The notes: generated by a model from the sequence alone, not told the origin. Positions 13,432 through 27,735 are shown, numbered from the stretch's first letter. The stretch: 64,000 bases of DNA from Octopus vulgaris (GCA_951406725.2 OX597830.1:248001-312000); one strand, 5' to 3'. Made by a program: numbers and translations.

Positions 13432-15204
13432 CGTATATGTACGTATATATGTTTATCCATATAAGCATCTATCTGTCAACCACACACATGCACGTCTCTC
13501 CTTTTGGGAACGTGTTAGGAGTAATCTTATCATTCTGAGGATGATTTGGCTGCTGCGTTTGACACACTGCACCATCATGTGGAGGCCTTCATGTGACGTA
13601 ATATACATAAAACGAGATTCTTACCATGAATTGCAACTTTTGTCAATGGGTATTTTGGTAAAAGGTATAATTAGAGTATGTATGCCATATTTCCTGATAT
13701 TAAACTACGAGGGCAAAAGTACACTAAGTAGGAGTTGTAATGATGTGTTCATTTGTAATAGTTTGTAATAGTTTGTAATACACTTTGAAACGAATAAATG
13801 CTCTATGTGCAAAAAAAAAAAAGAACAAAAAAGAAAAGAAAAGCACTTTGCCAAAGAATAGCTTGCTTGAAAAGCAAGCTAAGGAAAATATTCATTACAA
13901 TAGATACTAAATATTTTTCACCTGTAGATAACTAAATTTTCATTTTCACCTGCCCTTCCTCCGCTCTCGATGATTCTTTCTCTCCTAATTTGTGTGAAGC
14001 TTTCCTTTACTCATTCCATGCCACCAAGCCTTTTATGTGCACTCCGCCTACACCTCTTTTGTAAACTATGTATCACGCTTATCACTCTCCCTCCCTCCTT
14101 CTCAGTACGAAACATTTATCGGTTATTATTAAATAGATGCACAAACATACATATACATGAACGTAGACGCATACGCACATATCATCACACTCTTTTTGTC
14201 TCTACTCCCACCCACTCTTTCTCTATGTCTCTGTATGTATGTGTGTATATGTATATACACAGAACACGGTTTACTTTGAACATTTTTGTCAAAATTCGTA
14301 TTTTAGAAATTATTTCGTGTTAAAGCTGTCGTAGTTGGGTAATTTTAACCAATCAGCGGCGTGTAATCAGTTGAAGAAAGCTACTGCTGTTTGCGATAGT
14401 AATCGAAGAGGAACAACTTCCGGGTTATCTCTAGTAAATTTCTCCACTCTGTTCTATTTTATTTTATTGTGTACTGCCTGTGTTGCATATTACACGATTT
14501 TGTTTGGTTGCCGCGTCGGAGTAACAATTAAACATCGAAGAATCAACACCAAGAAGGAAGAAATATTACTTATATATATTTATTCGTTTGCCCAACATTG
14601 GTATTTAAGCTACAGGGCCGAATTTGGGGCAAAATATTGCTTTCATTCACACATACAGGGCACCGTTTAGTTTTAACGATTCTGCCAGTTCACCGCATGA
14701 TATATATTAAGTATATTAAGAAACAATGTCTTTTTGTATAGCTTTATACAAATCTCTATTCTCACTTCCACTTTCAGCAAGATTTGGTCAAATTTATGCC
14801 TTTGATATTCACTTTAAACTTTAAAGATCTGCATGTTAACTACTTCTAGGAAATACCATCGGAATATTTCGAATTTTAATTAATGAATGAAATTAAATAA
14901 TTCTAAAATGCTAATTTCAACCTTTTTAAAAAAATTTTCTCTATAACTATGCAAATATATGTATTCATGTGAATTCAGTTGAAATTTTCAAACTTAAAAT
15001 TCCCATCTTTTCTCAATGGATTCTGAACCTCGTCAATTCAGAATACATTGAGTGAGAAACAAACTATTAACTATTATTTATTTTATTTTACTCTTATACC
15101 AGTTTGTGAATTTAAACACGGTGACAACTAAGTTAACCACCCCACCTTCCACATCATCAGCACCTGCCAAAACTCATTAAAAATAGTTTAGGGCGATATA
15201 CGAA

Positions 15205-16166
15205 TTTTAGGAAAGGTCACTTGTCGCTTGATGACCAGCCTCGTTCAGAGCGACCGTCGATCTTCCGAACGAATGAAAGCATCCCGAAAGTTCACGAACT
15301 GATTTTGGAGAACAGTCGTCGAACTATAGACGAACTTGATATGGCTAGTGCTCTTACCAACGAATTTTGAGCGAGGAATTGTGAAAAGTTTTGCAGCAAA
15401 ATTCGCATGTCAGTTGCTCACGGAAGATCAAAAGCAGACACGACTGAAATCATGCCATGAACTGAACGGACAGATGGAAGTTGAGTCGGACCTGTTTTCG
15501 AAGGTCATCATTAGTGACGAAAGCTGGTCTTACAACTACGTCCAGGAAACGAAGCAGCAATCAAGCCAATGGAAATATTTGGTGTCAATACGCCCCTAAA
15601 AAGCGCGTCGAGTGAAGTCCAATGTGAAGATGATGTTGATTTGTTTCATCGGTGCGAAAGGAATTTTCCCCACAGAATTTGTTCCTCCTTGTTCAATGTA
15701 AACCGGACATTTTGCTTGGTAGTTCTGAAGCGAGACGCAGTGAGACGAAAACGCCCCGATTCGTAGCAAAGTGGAGAGTAGTGGCTTCATCACGACAATG
15801 CGCCTACGCACACCGCCTGGAGTGTGAAACAGCTTATGACCAAAAATAGCATACCCATTTTACCTACCCTCCCTATCTACCCGTTCTCGCTGCCAGCAGC
15901 TTTTTTTTTGTTTCCCCGAACGAAAAATAGTCCCTAAAGGAAATCGTTTTGTAGGTATACAAGAGGTGAAGAAAAGAAACGACGGAGACGTTAAAAGGCA
16001 TTACTTAGCAAGAGTTCCAGGACTGCTTTGAACAGCGGAAAATGCGCCTGGACCAACGCAATGCTTCAAATTGAGAAAACTGTGAAGGCGTTAAAACTGT
16101 AAATATGTAAAACTAAGTGAATAAAATAATATGGCAAAATTTCGGTTTCTTTTGGGTGCCCCCTCG
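15205..16166 (+). mobile_element. Mariner (DD34D-type) element, degenerate, with 3' TIR
   Basis: IISDESWSYNYVQETKQQSSQWK (first D), LHHDNAPTH (second D), decayed YSPDLAP region; ends ...TTTTGGGTGCCCCCTCG|TA. Confidence 0.9.
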
Positions 16167-16822
16167 TAAGTCTTTTATGTGCAATATGCCTGGCAGTGAG
16201 ATCACAGCTATAGAATTACGATGTAAATTTCCAAAGCACATCACCATGTGTTTACTCATGAAGCATGTTGTGTGAGACAATTCTTGAATTCCAGAGAAAC
16301 ACAAATCAGTGACGTAAATCATATTAGCTACTTATTACTACAGATGTAAATATTTAATTATAATTAATATTTATAAGTATCTTATTAATATAGTTAACAT
16401 TTACAATTACGTATTAATTATATTGTTTATAATTATACTATAAACAAAAAGTACTTAATAAATATATTCATACATAATAATAACTAAATATATAACAAAT
16501 TATAAATATCAAAATGTTTTTACCTCAAAACGTCTTATTAATGCCAAAATATGAAGTTGATTAAACCCTTCGAACTTTCAACCGGAAACTGTTCCAAATT
16601 TAAACAATAACAGTAACATATTGCTGTTGATTACACAGAGGTCAGTTATAAAGTCAAAGTCATTCCAACCATGGCTGCAACGCCTTTTTTCACATATCTA
16701 ATGTGCATTAGATCATTTGAAGGATGTACTTTATAAAATCATAACCGACGTGTTTGAAATACTTTAACAATTAACCCCAGATTATTTCAATATATATATA
16801 AGACAAAAGGGTATGTGCCTCG

Positions 16823-16873
<51 letters not shown>

Positions 16874-16874
<1 letters not shown>

Positions 16875-17257
16875 TAGCAGTATCGCCCGGCGTTGCTCAG
16901 GTTTGTAAGGGAAATAACTATAAAGCATTTTTAGAGAGTTATAGCCAAAAAATAGCAAAAAAATGGAAAAAAAATGATGGTAAATTTTTTTTGAGAGTTA
17001 AAAAAGGTGGAGTTGCGTCCCCTAGACGGTCTGTGGTTTGGGTTTCTGATTCTCGACCCCATGTCGAATTTATCGATTTTTTTCAGAACTGGGGGAACTT
17101 TTCAAAATTTTCGCTGCGTTAGTTTTGAATTATGACATTGGGCTATGTGTGTGTCAAGTTTCATCAGAATCGGTTGAAAGCCGTGGTCAGGGTGAGGGTA
17201 CGAGAAAACAGACACACAGAAAACGCACAGACAAACTGCCGTTTATATAGAGAGAGA
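16874..17257 (-). mobile_element. Non-autonomous Helitron (~384 bp)
   Basis: On the minus strand: host A|TC 5' start, subterminal hairpin CCTGAGCAACGCCGGG, 3' CTAG|T; no TSD; adjacent to (TA)n. Confidence 0.8.
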
Positions 17258-17926
17258 TACATATTTCTTTAAACTTGGTACGACTCTATAACACTATCTC
17301 TCCCCCCTCTCCTACTTTTCTCTGCCTTTCACACTTTGCACTTCACTTTAATCTGTCTCTTTCTCGCTCTCTCTCTCTTCTCCTCCTCCTTTGTTCCGTG
17401 TTCCCCTTTTTTCTCTCTCTTCTCCTCCTCCTTAATTCATCTGTCCCTCTTTTCCTCTTTCTTCTCCTCACAGGTGACTGACTGACCGATTGCTGGCCTT
17501 TCGTGCTTAGCAGTCGTCGCGGCAAGATACATTTTTTTCTCTCTGCCCCAAGGCATTTTTCTAACACGCCAGCTCAAAGTTTACTCGTCCTGTCGAAAGA
17601 CGCCTGTCTGTGACGTCCTGTTTTTGTTATCATTATTATCATTATTGTTTTTACGTATTTTTGTATTCTTATTCGTGTAACCTCGTCCGTTTTTCCGTCC
17701 TTGTTTTGTATACATTCGAGGCTTTCTTCCAAGGAATCTAATGCGCTTGGCTTAGATTTTCCTTTGGGGCTGGCCAGAATCGGAGCAATCTCAAGATTAA
17801 TCAGCCGAAATTGCGAGGATGATCCGGTTCTTGACTGAAGATTGAAGGCTTCGAATGTCCCGTCCGTGTTTTTGTATCGTCTTCTAAATGTTTTGCGTTT
17901 GTATCTTTTTACACACACACACACAC

Positions 17927-17989
<63 letters not shown>

Positions 17990-18071
17990 GGTCCCGGGTT
18001 GAGTCGGGGTTAACCACAGTAAATAAGGTACTCAATACATAGCAGAGTAAATTAATTTATTATATAGAAGG

Positions 18072-18122
18072 AGCTTCTACAGGACTAGAACTGTTTCATT
18101 CAAAAGAAATCATCAGGAAGCT
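18072..18122 (-). ncRNA. Type I hammerhead ribozyme motif (left arm)
   Basis: Exact reverse complement of 19159-19209. Confidence 0.75.
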
Positions 18123-19158
18123 AGTAGACAAGAGTTGTTTTGGCATTTATACATTTAGGCATGTTTAAATGGGTGGTGGTGGGGGACTATGTGTATATAT
18201 ATATATGTATATATATGTATATGTATGTATATGTATGTATATGTATATGTATATATATGTATATATATATATGTATATGTGTATGTATATGTATGTATGT
18301 GTATGTATGTGTATATGTATATGTGTATATATATTAATTAGTGTATATGTATGGACTAGTCTTCTGTGGGTGTATTGATGTATGTATGTGTATGCGTGTA
18401 GATATGAATCAGTAGGTACGTGTACGTATGTGAATATACGTGAATGTATGTAGATGTATGCGTGTATGAATATAACACGTGCGTGTGCGTATGAGTATGT
18501 GTGTACGTGTGAGTGTGTGGGCGTGAGTGAGTGCTTGCGTTCGTATCAGTGAGTAGATAGATAAACGGAATCTTTAGATCATCCCTTGAGACCGGCTGAC
18601 CGCGGTCAAGATAAAAATAAAGATATAAACAAAAGTAGTAATAATAAAATTAAAATAAGAGAATAAAAATATGTGTGTATGTGTGTGCATGTATATGCAT
18701 GTGTATATATATATGTGTATGTATATATATGTGCTAATGTGTATACATATGTGTATATATATGTATGTATATGTGTATCTGTGTGTACGTACATGGGTAT
18801 GTGTATATATATGTATATATATGTATATGTATATGTATATGTATGTGTATGTATGTATATGTATGTATATGTGGGTATGTATGTATATGTATAGATATAT
18901 GTGAATATGTGGGTGTATATATATGTATATATATATATGTAGATGTACAAGTGAGAGTCTCCTTACTTACCTAAAACTCTATTTTTCTATTTATTTTTTT
19001 ATTCTTTTATTTATTCTTTATCTACTTTACCACCGATTCCTTTGACCACTCCCCTAATAATGACAGTTTTGCACCATGCCTACCCCCAAAAAAGTCCCCC
19101 ACCACCACCCATTTAAACCTGCCCAAATGTATAAATGCCAAAACAACTCTTGTCTACT

Positions 19159-19209
19159 AGCTTCCTGATGATTTCTTTTGAATGAAACAGTTCTAGTCCT
19201 GTAGAAGCT
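19159..19209 (+). ncRNA. Type I hammerhead ribozyme motif (right arm)
   Basis: Stem I AGCUUC/GAAGCU; CUGAUGA; stem II U-UUC-UUUU-GAA-U; GAAA; stem III ACAG/CUGU; cleavage triplet GUA (predicted cut after 19203). Confidence 0.75.
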
Positions 19210-19217
19210 CCTTCTAT

Positions 19218-19261
<44 letters not shown>

Positions 19262-20316
19262 GGGGGGGGGGGAGCGTGTGCGTGTGTGTGTTTATAGATA
19301 TCTACATATACATACGATACACAGACAATATAACATTTAATGGTTTAAAATATATATGGAATATAAACAGAAAATTGCTGGTCAACGGTGCTCTCAGTAA
19401 AGGTAGTAACAGAACTCAGATGATCGAATTGTGAATATAAGTTGCTACAGTTGTTTAGATCCAGTTCAGACCTGATGGAACAGGACCATCATTATAGGCG
19501 TGTCAATTGACCTCCCTCCACCACCTTCCTCATGAGGACTCTTACCTAGTGTGCCAGTTATTTAAGGTGGAGCAGCGCCATTCTGAGAATAGTTGGCTTC
19601 TATTTCTAGCAGATTATGAGTAAGTAAACACTATCACTTAGGGTAGGTGCTTAATTTGAAAAGCGAGACCCTAAACATGGTCGATGGACCTGTTCGAAAT
19701 AGGACCCAAATATATCTAAATCATATTTTACTTTTTAAAGAAAATACACAAAATCCATTGGTAATGCAATCCTAGATTCTCCTACTCAGACGGATTTGTC
19801 ACGAAAGAAATACGTCTCTAACCTGGAGAAGGGTTGATCTAGAAATACACAAAACCAATCAGTTGTTGAGCTCAGTAACGAAAGTCATTGACACGTGCTG
19901 TTGGTGAGATTGTTAACAATCTACCCTACCTGCTACATTTCAGTTAGTCAATTTGAAGACCGACCAAAAATGATCCCTTGTTCTGTGTAGAATTGCTATG
20001 ACCTATCTAAATTTTTATATTGTTAACAAGAAACCATAAAAAATTATATTGAAAATATTTAAGCTGCTTCGGTTGATTGCACACATACACATGCGCACTC
20101 GTGCTAAATTTGAAAATTTGCATAAAAGGAAAAGAATATAGAATATCCCATTCAAAAATAAATGTACATATCAAAAAATCCAAAAGAATTTTTTATTTCT
20201 AATATATCAATACATGTTTCAGATTGAACAATTTGTATTTTCTCTTAAGTAAACCCATATATGCATGTGTTAATCGTAGTCTGCCTGATTTCAACCTTTT
20301 CTATTGTATCTATTAT

Positions 20317-21900
20317 AAACTTAGATAAACTTAGATGTGTTTCGACCAATGATTGGTCCAGGCCATGTCTAACTTAATAGCACCACCTGATAGGATTATT
20401 TGAATCCTGTTTAAGTCAAGTTTTGTTTATGGTCCATTCAATTAGTGAGTTTTTGTTGGGTGAGTTGTATCCAATTATGGGTGGCTTATCTGGTATTCCT
20501 TGAAAGAATCTATCCAGACTCCGTTTAGAGTTGATGGGATCCCCTTCCTCTTTGATCTCTTTCGGGACAATGTTAAATAGGGCAGGGCCTGTTGAGGAAA
20601 AGAAATTATGTTGTAGTGTACATGTATGCTGTGATCTTGAATTGGGCAGGGGACGTATGGCCCGAGGTCCCAGTCTTGGATGAACCTTGAAGATAATGTT
20701 CAGGTCGTTTGGGCAAAGATGGCGGTATATTCTCCACATCGTACAAAGACATGTAAAGACATCGTACACGGCGACGCTGAAGAGAGTAGAGTTTCAAGGC
20801 TTTAAGGCGATCCCAATAATCGAGAGCAGCCATGCCTTCGATTCGATTAGTGAGTGCCCTCTGGGGTGATTCAATCCTCGAGATGTTTTGTCTTGTAAGG
20901 GGAGACCACAGTGGGCAGCAGTATTCGAGGTGTGGCCGTACAAAGGAGGAGAAAAGTGGTATGGTGACACCTTGTTCTCTGGACCGGAAAGTTCTTAAGA
21001 TCCAGGAACTCATCCTACAGCTATATCGACCTTCTTGTTGATGTGTGCACTCCAACTGAGATCGTCATCAACAATTACACCCAGGTCTCTGATATTGTCA
21101 GAGGCTGTGAGCGGTTCCCCTGAAGGAAGAGAGTATGGCTATTTTAGTGAGGAATTTCTTCCAAAATGCATCAACTCAAATTTTCCCTCGTTCAGTTGTA
21201 TTTTGTTTCTGTCTGCCCATTGAATCACAGCATATAGATCAGACTGGAGTTGAGTTCGGTCTGCTTCTTCATTGACGATTTGCTGGAGCTTAGTGTCATC
21301 AGCAAATATTTTCACTTTGCAGTAATGTACGACACTGGAAAGGTCGTTTATGTAGATTATGAAGAGTAGCGGACCCAAGACAGTCCCCTGGGGGACACCG
21401 CTGGTGACTTTTGCTGGGCTTCAGTGGACTCCATCAACTACAACATGTTGTGTTCTATTCGCCAGGAAATACTTGATCCAGTGTAGAACTTTTCCACGGA
21501 TTCCAACATTTGCCAATTTTGAGAGTAGGATATTATAGTCTACCCTGTCGAATGCTTTACTGAAGTCAAGGTATATGACATAAGAGTTCGAACCTGTTCC
21601 CAAGGCTTTGAGTACATCTTCAATGTGGTGTAAGAGCTGCGTTAGACAGTCCCTGCCACAGCGAAAGCCATGCTGATTTGCATTCAGGAGCTTGTGGGTC
21701 TCCAGGAAGTCAGCTATCCTTGATCTTAACACTCTTTCAAACACTTTGATGATGTGGGAGGTGAATGAGATTGGGCGATAGTTGAGTGCGAGGGATCTGT
21801 TTCCCTGTTTGAAAACCGGGATGACTGACTGGGATAGAAACTGTTTCGGTATATAACCTGCGTCTAACGAATTTCTCCAGAGGTTGGTCAGAGGGACTGC

Positions 21901-21902
<2 letters not shown>
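20317..21902 (-). mobile_element. 5'-truncated CR1-group LINE (RT plus 3' tail)
   Basis: NYRPISFTSHIIKVFER, QHGFR, YLDFSKAFD, SGVPQGTVLGPLLF, FADDTK, HLEYCCPLWSP; 3' tail (ATCTAAGTTT)2; frameshifts; 5' end abuts (TA)n. Confidence 0.93.
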
Positions 21903-21956
<54 letters not shown>

Positions 21957-22144
21957 TTACATACATACACGCATATGCAATTAATACACCAGGATAAACA
22001 ATATTGTTTATATCAGTAAAGAACTTTGCGTACTCTTGTGACAGTTTCCGAGGATATAGTTCACCATTCTTAACCATTCAACTGGGCGATTCAGTGAATA
22101 AGAACCTATAATGACTTCTGGAAACTGCTCTAAGTCAAATTTAC

Positions 22145-22186
<42 letters not shown>

Positions 22187-22242
22187 GTAGTAACTATTAG
22201 TTATGCCATACGTACATACATACACACATCATTTTATTATTT

Positions 22243-22426
22243 TCTTTTAATTGTTTCAGTCATTTGATTACGGCCATACTTGAAGGGTTTTAGTCGAACA
22301 AAATGACCCCAGGACTTATTCTATCGGCTTCTCTAGTCGAACCACTAAGTTACGGGGACGTATACACACCGATACCGGTTTTCAAGTGGTGATAGGGGGA
22401 CACAAGACAGAAAGATACACACAGAC

Positions 22427-22472
<46 letters not shown>

Positions 22473-22605
22473 GAATGGCTTCTTTCAGTTTCCGTCTTCC
22501 AAATCCACTCACAAGGCTTTGGTCAGTCCGAGACAAGTTGCCATGCAGTGAACCTGAACCATGTGGTTGGGAATCTTGCTTCTCCCCACGCAGCCATTCC
22601 AGCCC
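22243..22605 (-). mobile_element. tRNA-derived SINE, diverged uninterrupted copy
   Basis: Homologous along its length to 48054-48427 plus 56057-56094 (GTTTCAGTCATTTGA..., CTAAGTTACGGGGACGTA, TTCTTTCAGTTTCCGTCT, CCATGTGGTTGG). Confidence 0.9.
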
Positions 22606-24136
22606 ATATATATAGAAAAAGCGGGTTTTAAAATTAAATTTCAACAATATCAGTGTATTTTTGTTTGTATGCATGCAGATTTACGTTAGAATATATGTAC
22701 GTGTATATGTACATATATGTGTGGGTTTGTGCGAGTATAACTATATGTATATAAATATACACACACAAACACACATACCTTATACACATACACGCACCTG
22801 TCTTCTTCCCAATGACATTGTATCGACTCCCTTGAGTATATGGTAGACACCATCTACATAGGTTACCGCAATAGGTTACTAAATAATGCGAAACGAACGT
22901 TTTAACCACACAACCAAGTTTACACCCGAATTGCTCCCCACCCCCACATCAGGTGCAAAATACATGAGATCACCTATTGCGGACCTAGCATTCACCATGT
23001 TAATACCGTCTGAAACATGCGTGTCCATGGCAGGGGAATCAAAAGGTCTGAAGATGAAGTTAAGTAATTTCACGAAATTAGTATTGATCCGCTTGATTCC
23101 CTTTAATTGACTGAAATTAGGAGTTGGACTCAAAGGAAAAACACGCCACATAAATAGCAGAAACATTCACAAACAACGGGATATTGATTCTGTATTTTTT
23201 CCTTCTGTAAGATACGAAAACATTGCAATTAAAAGGTGCCAACCGGCAAAACGATGAAATAGTTAAGATCCCCGAGTACACAGTTTCTTTAGAGATAATA
23301 GTTTATAAAACAACAGAAATACTCTTAACTCTAATATTGATTAACAAGTCTTCTATCTCTTCGCTTTGTTTTTCAACATTTCAACCCCCAATGCACGCAG
23401 ATAATATCAGACCTTCTCTCTTATTCTCACTCTCTCAGCTCTTTCCTGTCGTCACACACTCCCCCTTCTGCTTCCATACTAACTCATCCTCCCACTCTTT
23501 CTGCCTTGATTAATCTTTTGCATTTTCCTTTTGTCTTGTTTCGTTTTTGAATTGCTTTATATTTTCCTTTAATTCACTTTCTTTTCAGAGTTTTGATGTG
23601 ATATTTTTGGTTCAGTTTTTAGTTTAAAAGTCGTTGTCGATGTTACATCATCATTTCATTATTAGTAGCAGTGTTGTCATACTTATTTGTATTTTCATTG
23701 ACATTATTACTGTGGTCGCATTCGTAGTTTTAATAAAAGTCAATTAGAGTTACCAGAAACGGAAGAGCGGATAAGGCTTCTGCAAAGAAGAAACTCGCTC
23801 CGCTGACAAAATACTCATATCACATGAAGGCGAATAAATATCCAGCGTGAAGGATTTAACAATTGGCATAAGTAAAATAAAATAAACATGGACTAATTCA
23901 TACGCGACAGGGATAGAGAAAGAACTGGAGTGACATTTGAAAGAGAATAAAACGAACGATGTAGCGAACGTGACCCCTCACTTGCCCAATATAACACGAG
24001 AACTTCTCAAGGACAAACTCAGAATAGTATAGGTATGTAGCACAATGTAAGAGAAATCAGAACTGGTGAGGGGGATGCACTGATAATATATTATTATTTT
24101 CGATATTGTATTTTATCACACTATTTTTTTTAATGT

Positions 24137-24722
24137 TGTAAGGAATATGTGAATATCTCCTCTTGCACTTTTGGGGTGCAAGTTGGTGCAATCACTTTCC
24201 GTTGCTTTTATATCCAGACTCTACCAGTCAAAGAAACACAAAACGCAGACGTAAAAAATAGATATACTTTATTGTTTTATACCGGTGAGAAATCAGTGGT
24301 ATATCTGATGTCCTTGGTTCTGGGCGCGCAAGGCTGAAAGTTAATCGATTGTAATATTTACAATGTTCAGCCGCTAAAAACAGAACGGGTCAAAAATGGC
24401 GTCCGAAGGAAGAAGATGATTTGACTGCAACAATTCAGGTTAAAAGTCTTCGGCCAAAAGGCTGCTGCTATCAAAACCGGAGAGAGAGCGAATTAAACGT
24501 CTGCTTCTATGAAAAGCCTGCCGCTGTCTGTCGGACGCTAATGGTCAACGCTTTACGCTCCCTTGCCTCTTTGTTAAGGCTCGCGCTCCCTTGCCTCTTT
24601 GTTAAGGCTCGCGCTCCCTTGCCTCTATAAGCTAAGGCCACGTCAGCAAAATTCCCTCCTCCGGACTTCGTGTATTCGCGAGAGGGCGTTGCGCGCGCGC
24701 GCTGTTGTATAGGATCACTACA
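24137..24722 (-). mobile_element. Solo LTR (586 bp), probably Gypsy-type
   Basis: TGTA...TACA termini; 4-bp TSD ATGT at 24133-24136 and 24723-24726; AATAAA on the minus strand near 24270; internal 28-bp tandem repeat at 24556-24626. Confidence 0.75.
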
Positions 24723-24794
24723 ATGTCTTTAGCCCAAATGTTTGCTTTACAAATTTCTGATTTATCCAGAGGTCTCTCTCTCTACATACACATA

Positions 24795-24838
<44 letters not shown>

Positions 24839-25000
24839 GTACACATAGTGCGTGTCAGTTTCGGCTTCATCTGCTATACTCTCCAACTATATTCGCCTGT
24901 CTTATTTCCACCGTTACGTCGAACGATTCCTTATTTCTGCGTTACACGTATAATATATGTTTGTTATGGTTGGATCTTGAGTATATCTGAGAATATGCTT

Positions 25001-25105
<105 letters not shown>

Positions 25106-25655
25106 CGTGTATATTTGTTTACATATGTTTATATTTGCGTGCCTATGATTGTATATATGTACAGTGTTATACTTTTAGGTGTATGTCTGCCTAGTTTCCC
25201 TTTCCGTTAGATATTTTGTTTTTTTACCTTCATCTTTTATTTCACTTCCCCCTCTCCCCCCTCTCTCCCCCTCTCCCCCTCTCCCCTCTCTCTCTCTATA
25301 TATATATATGGTGTGCATGTTCTTTTTTAAATGTTATTTTGTCATAACCAAATAACCTATTATTAGAGGAATTGCTTTGTTTCTGTTCTCAGGCCCTGAA
25401 ATTGGGTTACCTCTATTGTCTTATCTTAGTATTTAGATATTTTCTCCCTCATTTTCAACATACATCAATATATGTCAGGATTGTATGCCACTTATTATTA
25501 TTATTACTATTATTATTATATGTTGGACTATTGCTTTGTATTTGTACAAGTTGAATCCAAGTCTGAGTAATGGGGTTATTATATTTTTTGCCCTGCTGGG
25601 CAAAGATCACCCGTACACAAAATTAATTTTCCTTTCAAAATTTGCAAAATTTAAT

Positions 25656-27127
25656 ATGGCGTCGTCTTTGTCAGCGAGTCAACAAGAGAGGGAAGTGAGA
25701 GGAGATGTAGAACGCGAAATTGTCTTCCGTCTTCTCTCTCACCCACTCACTCTAGATGTAAATGATAGTGGTATTAGCAGTAGGAGTAGCAACAGCAATG
25801 ACAACAATAACAACCATACTGGAAGTGTCATGGGTAATGAGAATTCGATCAAGGAAGCACGAAATATAACTAGTAGCAGTCAATTGTGCAAGGGAGATGA
25901 TGATTCCCCCACACACACACACACACAAATCAGGTTCAAATATAAATAACGTTCCCTTCGCAGAAATTACAAATAAGTTTGAAATTATGTCGTTAAAGGA
26001 TAAGGAAGAACATTTAAAAGAAGCTGAGACGATTATAAGACGTGAAGAAAGAAAGTTCACACTAAATGTGCCTCAAAACTTGCTAGAGGCAATCTAAAAA
26101 GAAAAAGAATCAGTCATGTACAGATGACACTCCATGAAAATTAGACTGGAAAAAATACCATCAGATCAAGTCGAGCTCTGCGTGAAAACTATATGGGGAA
26201 ATGTCAGCTTTGTCTGCCACACCCCAAAGTTCGGCTTCATCAAGGTCATATTCCAGTCGGAATCACTCGCACAAAAACACTCAACTGTCCCATTAAAAAC
26301 GGAGGAGTTCGCTTTAATTCCCATCTATCTGGAATAGAAAGTGATCCGAATAAAAATAACATTCCATCAGAAATTGATTTCTGGTGAGTACTGAAAGTTG
26401 TAGTACTGAAAGATCCTAGAAGCCTCCTAGAAATCCAAAAAGGTAAACTGGGTGGAGCAGGGTCGGAAATTCTACTGCAGGTAATACCAAAACTGTAGAG
26501 AAAATTCCCGACATAATAGAAATCCCTGGCGGTCAGCATCTGCAGGTAATCGTGGAAGGAAGAAGGCCAAAATACTACTTCTGTGGTGATTCCGGTCACG
26601 TCAGGTTCTATTGTCCGAAGGAAAGAAAGAAAAGGGGTAAAAAATGAGCCGCATCAACCACTAACGCCACTACAACCACAACAGACAACACAACAAGAGC
26701 AGCAGCAGCAGAAACAACAACGACACCTACAGAGACAACTGGACACAACAGTATCCAGAAAAACCATTTCAGCACCGGCAACTGCTGCAGCGACCACAAC
26801 GGATGGGGTGGAAACGACTGCTGAATGTCAAGCAGGATACAGACCAACATCAGCAACAACAACAGCAACAGGGAGCTCCCAACCAAAAATAATAACAGCA
26901 CTATTAACAACGCCAACAGTAAAACAAATACCTCAGGAAACCCCTCCCCTATTCGGACGACGAAAACGACGGAAATAAGTAGGACCAGGCATGGCGAACA
27001 GTCACACGAAAGGGAAGGAAAAGACGGAAGAGCAGATATGATAACCAGAAAAAACAAAAAACACAAAAAAAAACAGGCAGAGAAAATGGAGGAGGAAACG
27101 AACAGCACACCAGGCATAAACCCACCT

Positions 27128-27158
<31 letters not shown>

Positions 27159-27240
27159 GGCAACAATAATATCATCCCCACCACAACTTGAAGAAACATC
27201 ACAAACACAACAGATGGACTGCATTCCACCAAATGATCAT
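25656..27240 (+). pseudogene. Degenerate Tx1-clade ORF1 (gag-like)
   Basis: EKIPSDQVELCVKTIWGNVSFV, EFALIPIYL, LQVIVEGRRPKYYFCGDSGHVRFYCP (decayed CCHC), then a T/Q/P-rich linker; aligns by eye with ORF1 at 52551-53473; no ORF2 follows. Confidence 0.75.
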
Positions 27241-27319
27241 AAGCCAGACATTATTAATCTCACAGCACAAAAAATAATGAATTAATAGAACACATCCACA
27301 AACACATGTGTATTAATGA

Positions 27320-27735
27320 ATCCAGTTACGTCACATCAGCCAGATTATGCAGTTGAAAAGAAAACTAAAGTTATCACCTTCTCTGCAGACAAAATGATCT
27401 TCATATTCATTGGAGCAGGTGAGGAAGGATCCACTGCATGGATTATCTCTATTGTCTCTTTGTTCTTGTTCAAAGTGATGAAACCAACACTCATCCTGTC
27501 TGAGAAAATGTTCAAGGAAACCAGCTGGATCTGTCTCAAGCATAGTCAGCTTTTCACTTGTTGAGTTCAGCCTGGTGCACTTTTCATCAGGTGTCACAGG
27601 ACGTGGCACACACCAAGCAGAATTCCTCGTCATATCACGTTCATTGGGCAGAATATTCTCAAATCTCTCATAGGATATGCTAATAGCATTGATTATTTGG
27701 TTTATGGTCAATCAGCTGTCATGGTGATCCATGGG
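27320..27735 (-). mobile_element. Mariner transposase fragment
   Basis: ISISYERFENIL...SAWCVPRPVTPDEK (WVPR-like), FLRQDECWFHHFE (first D), SAEKVITLVFF. Confidence 0.85.

Larger units (their letters stand above)
17987..19222. mobile_element. Non-coding Penelope-like derivative with 126-bp inverted arms (18063-18188 / 19093-19218), each carrying a hammerhead
   Basis: Arms are reverse complements with 2 mismatches; (TA)n on both sides; interior is mostly TG/TA microsatellite; left arm has a ~75-bp unpaired extension. Penelope origin is inferred. Confidence 0.75.

Noticed and set aside
22879-23166. Non-repetitive-looking ORFs here and at 6511-6945 as host exons
   Set aside because: No recognisable domain or supportable splice structure; cannot be excluded without RNA-seq or homology search.
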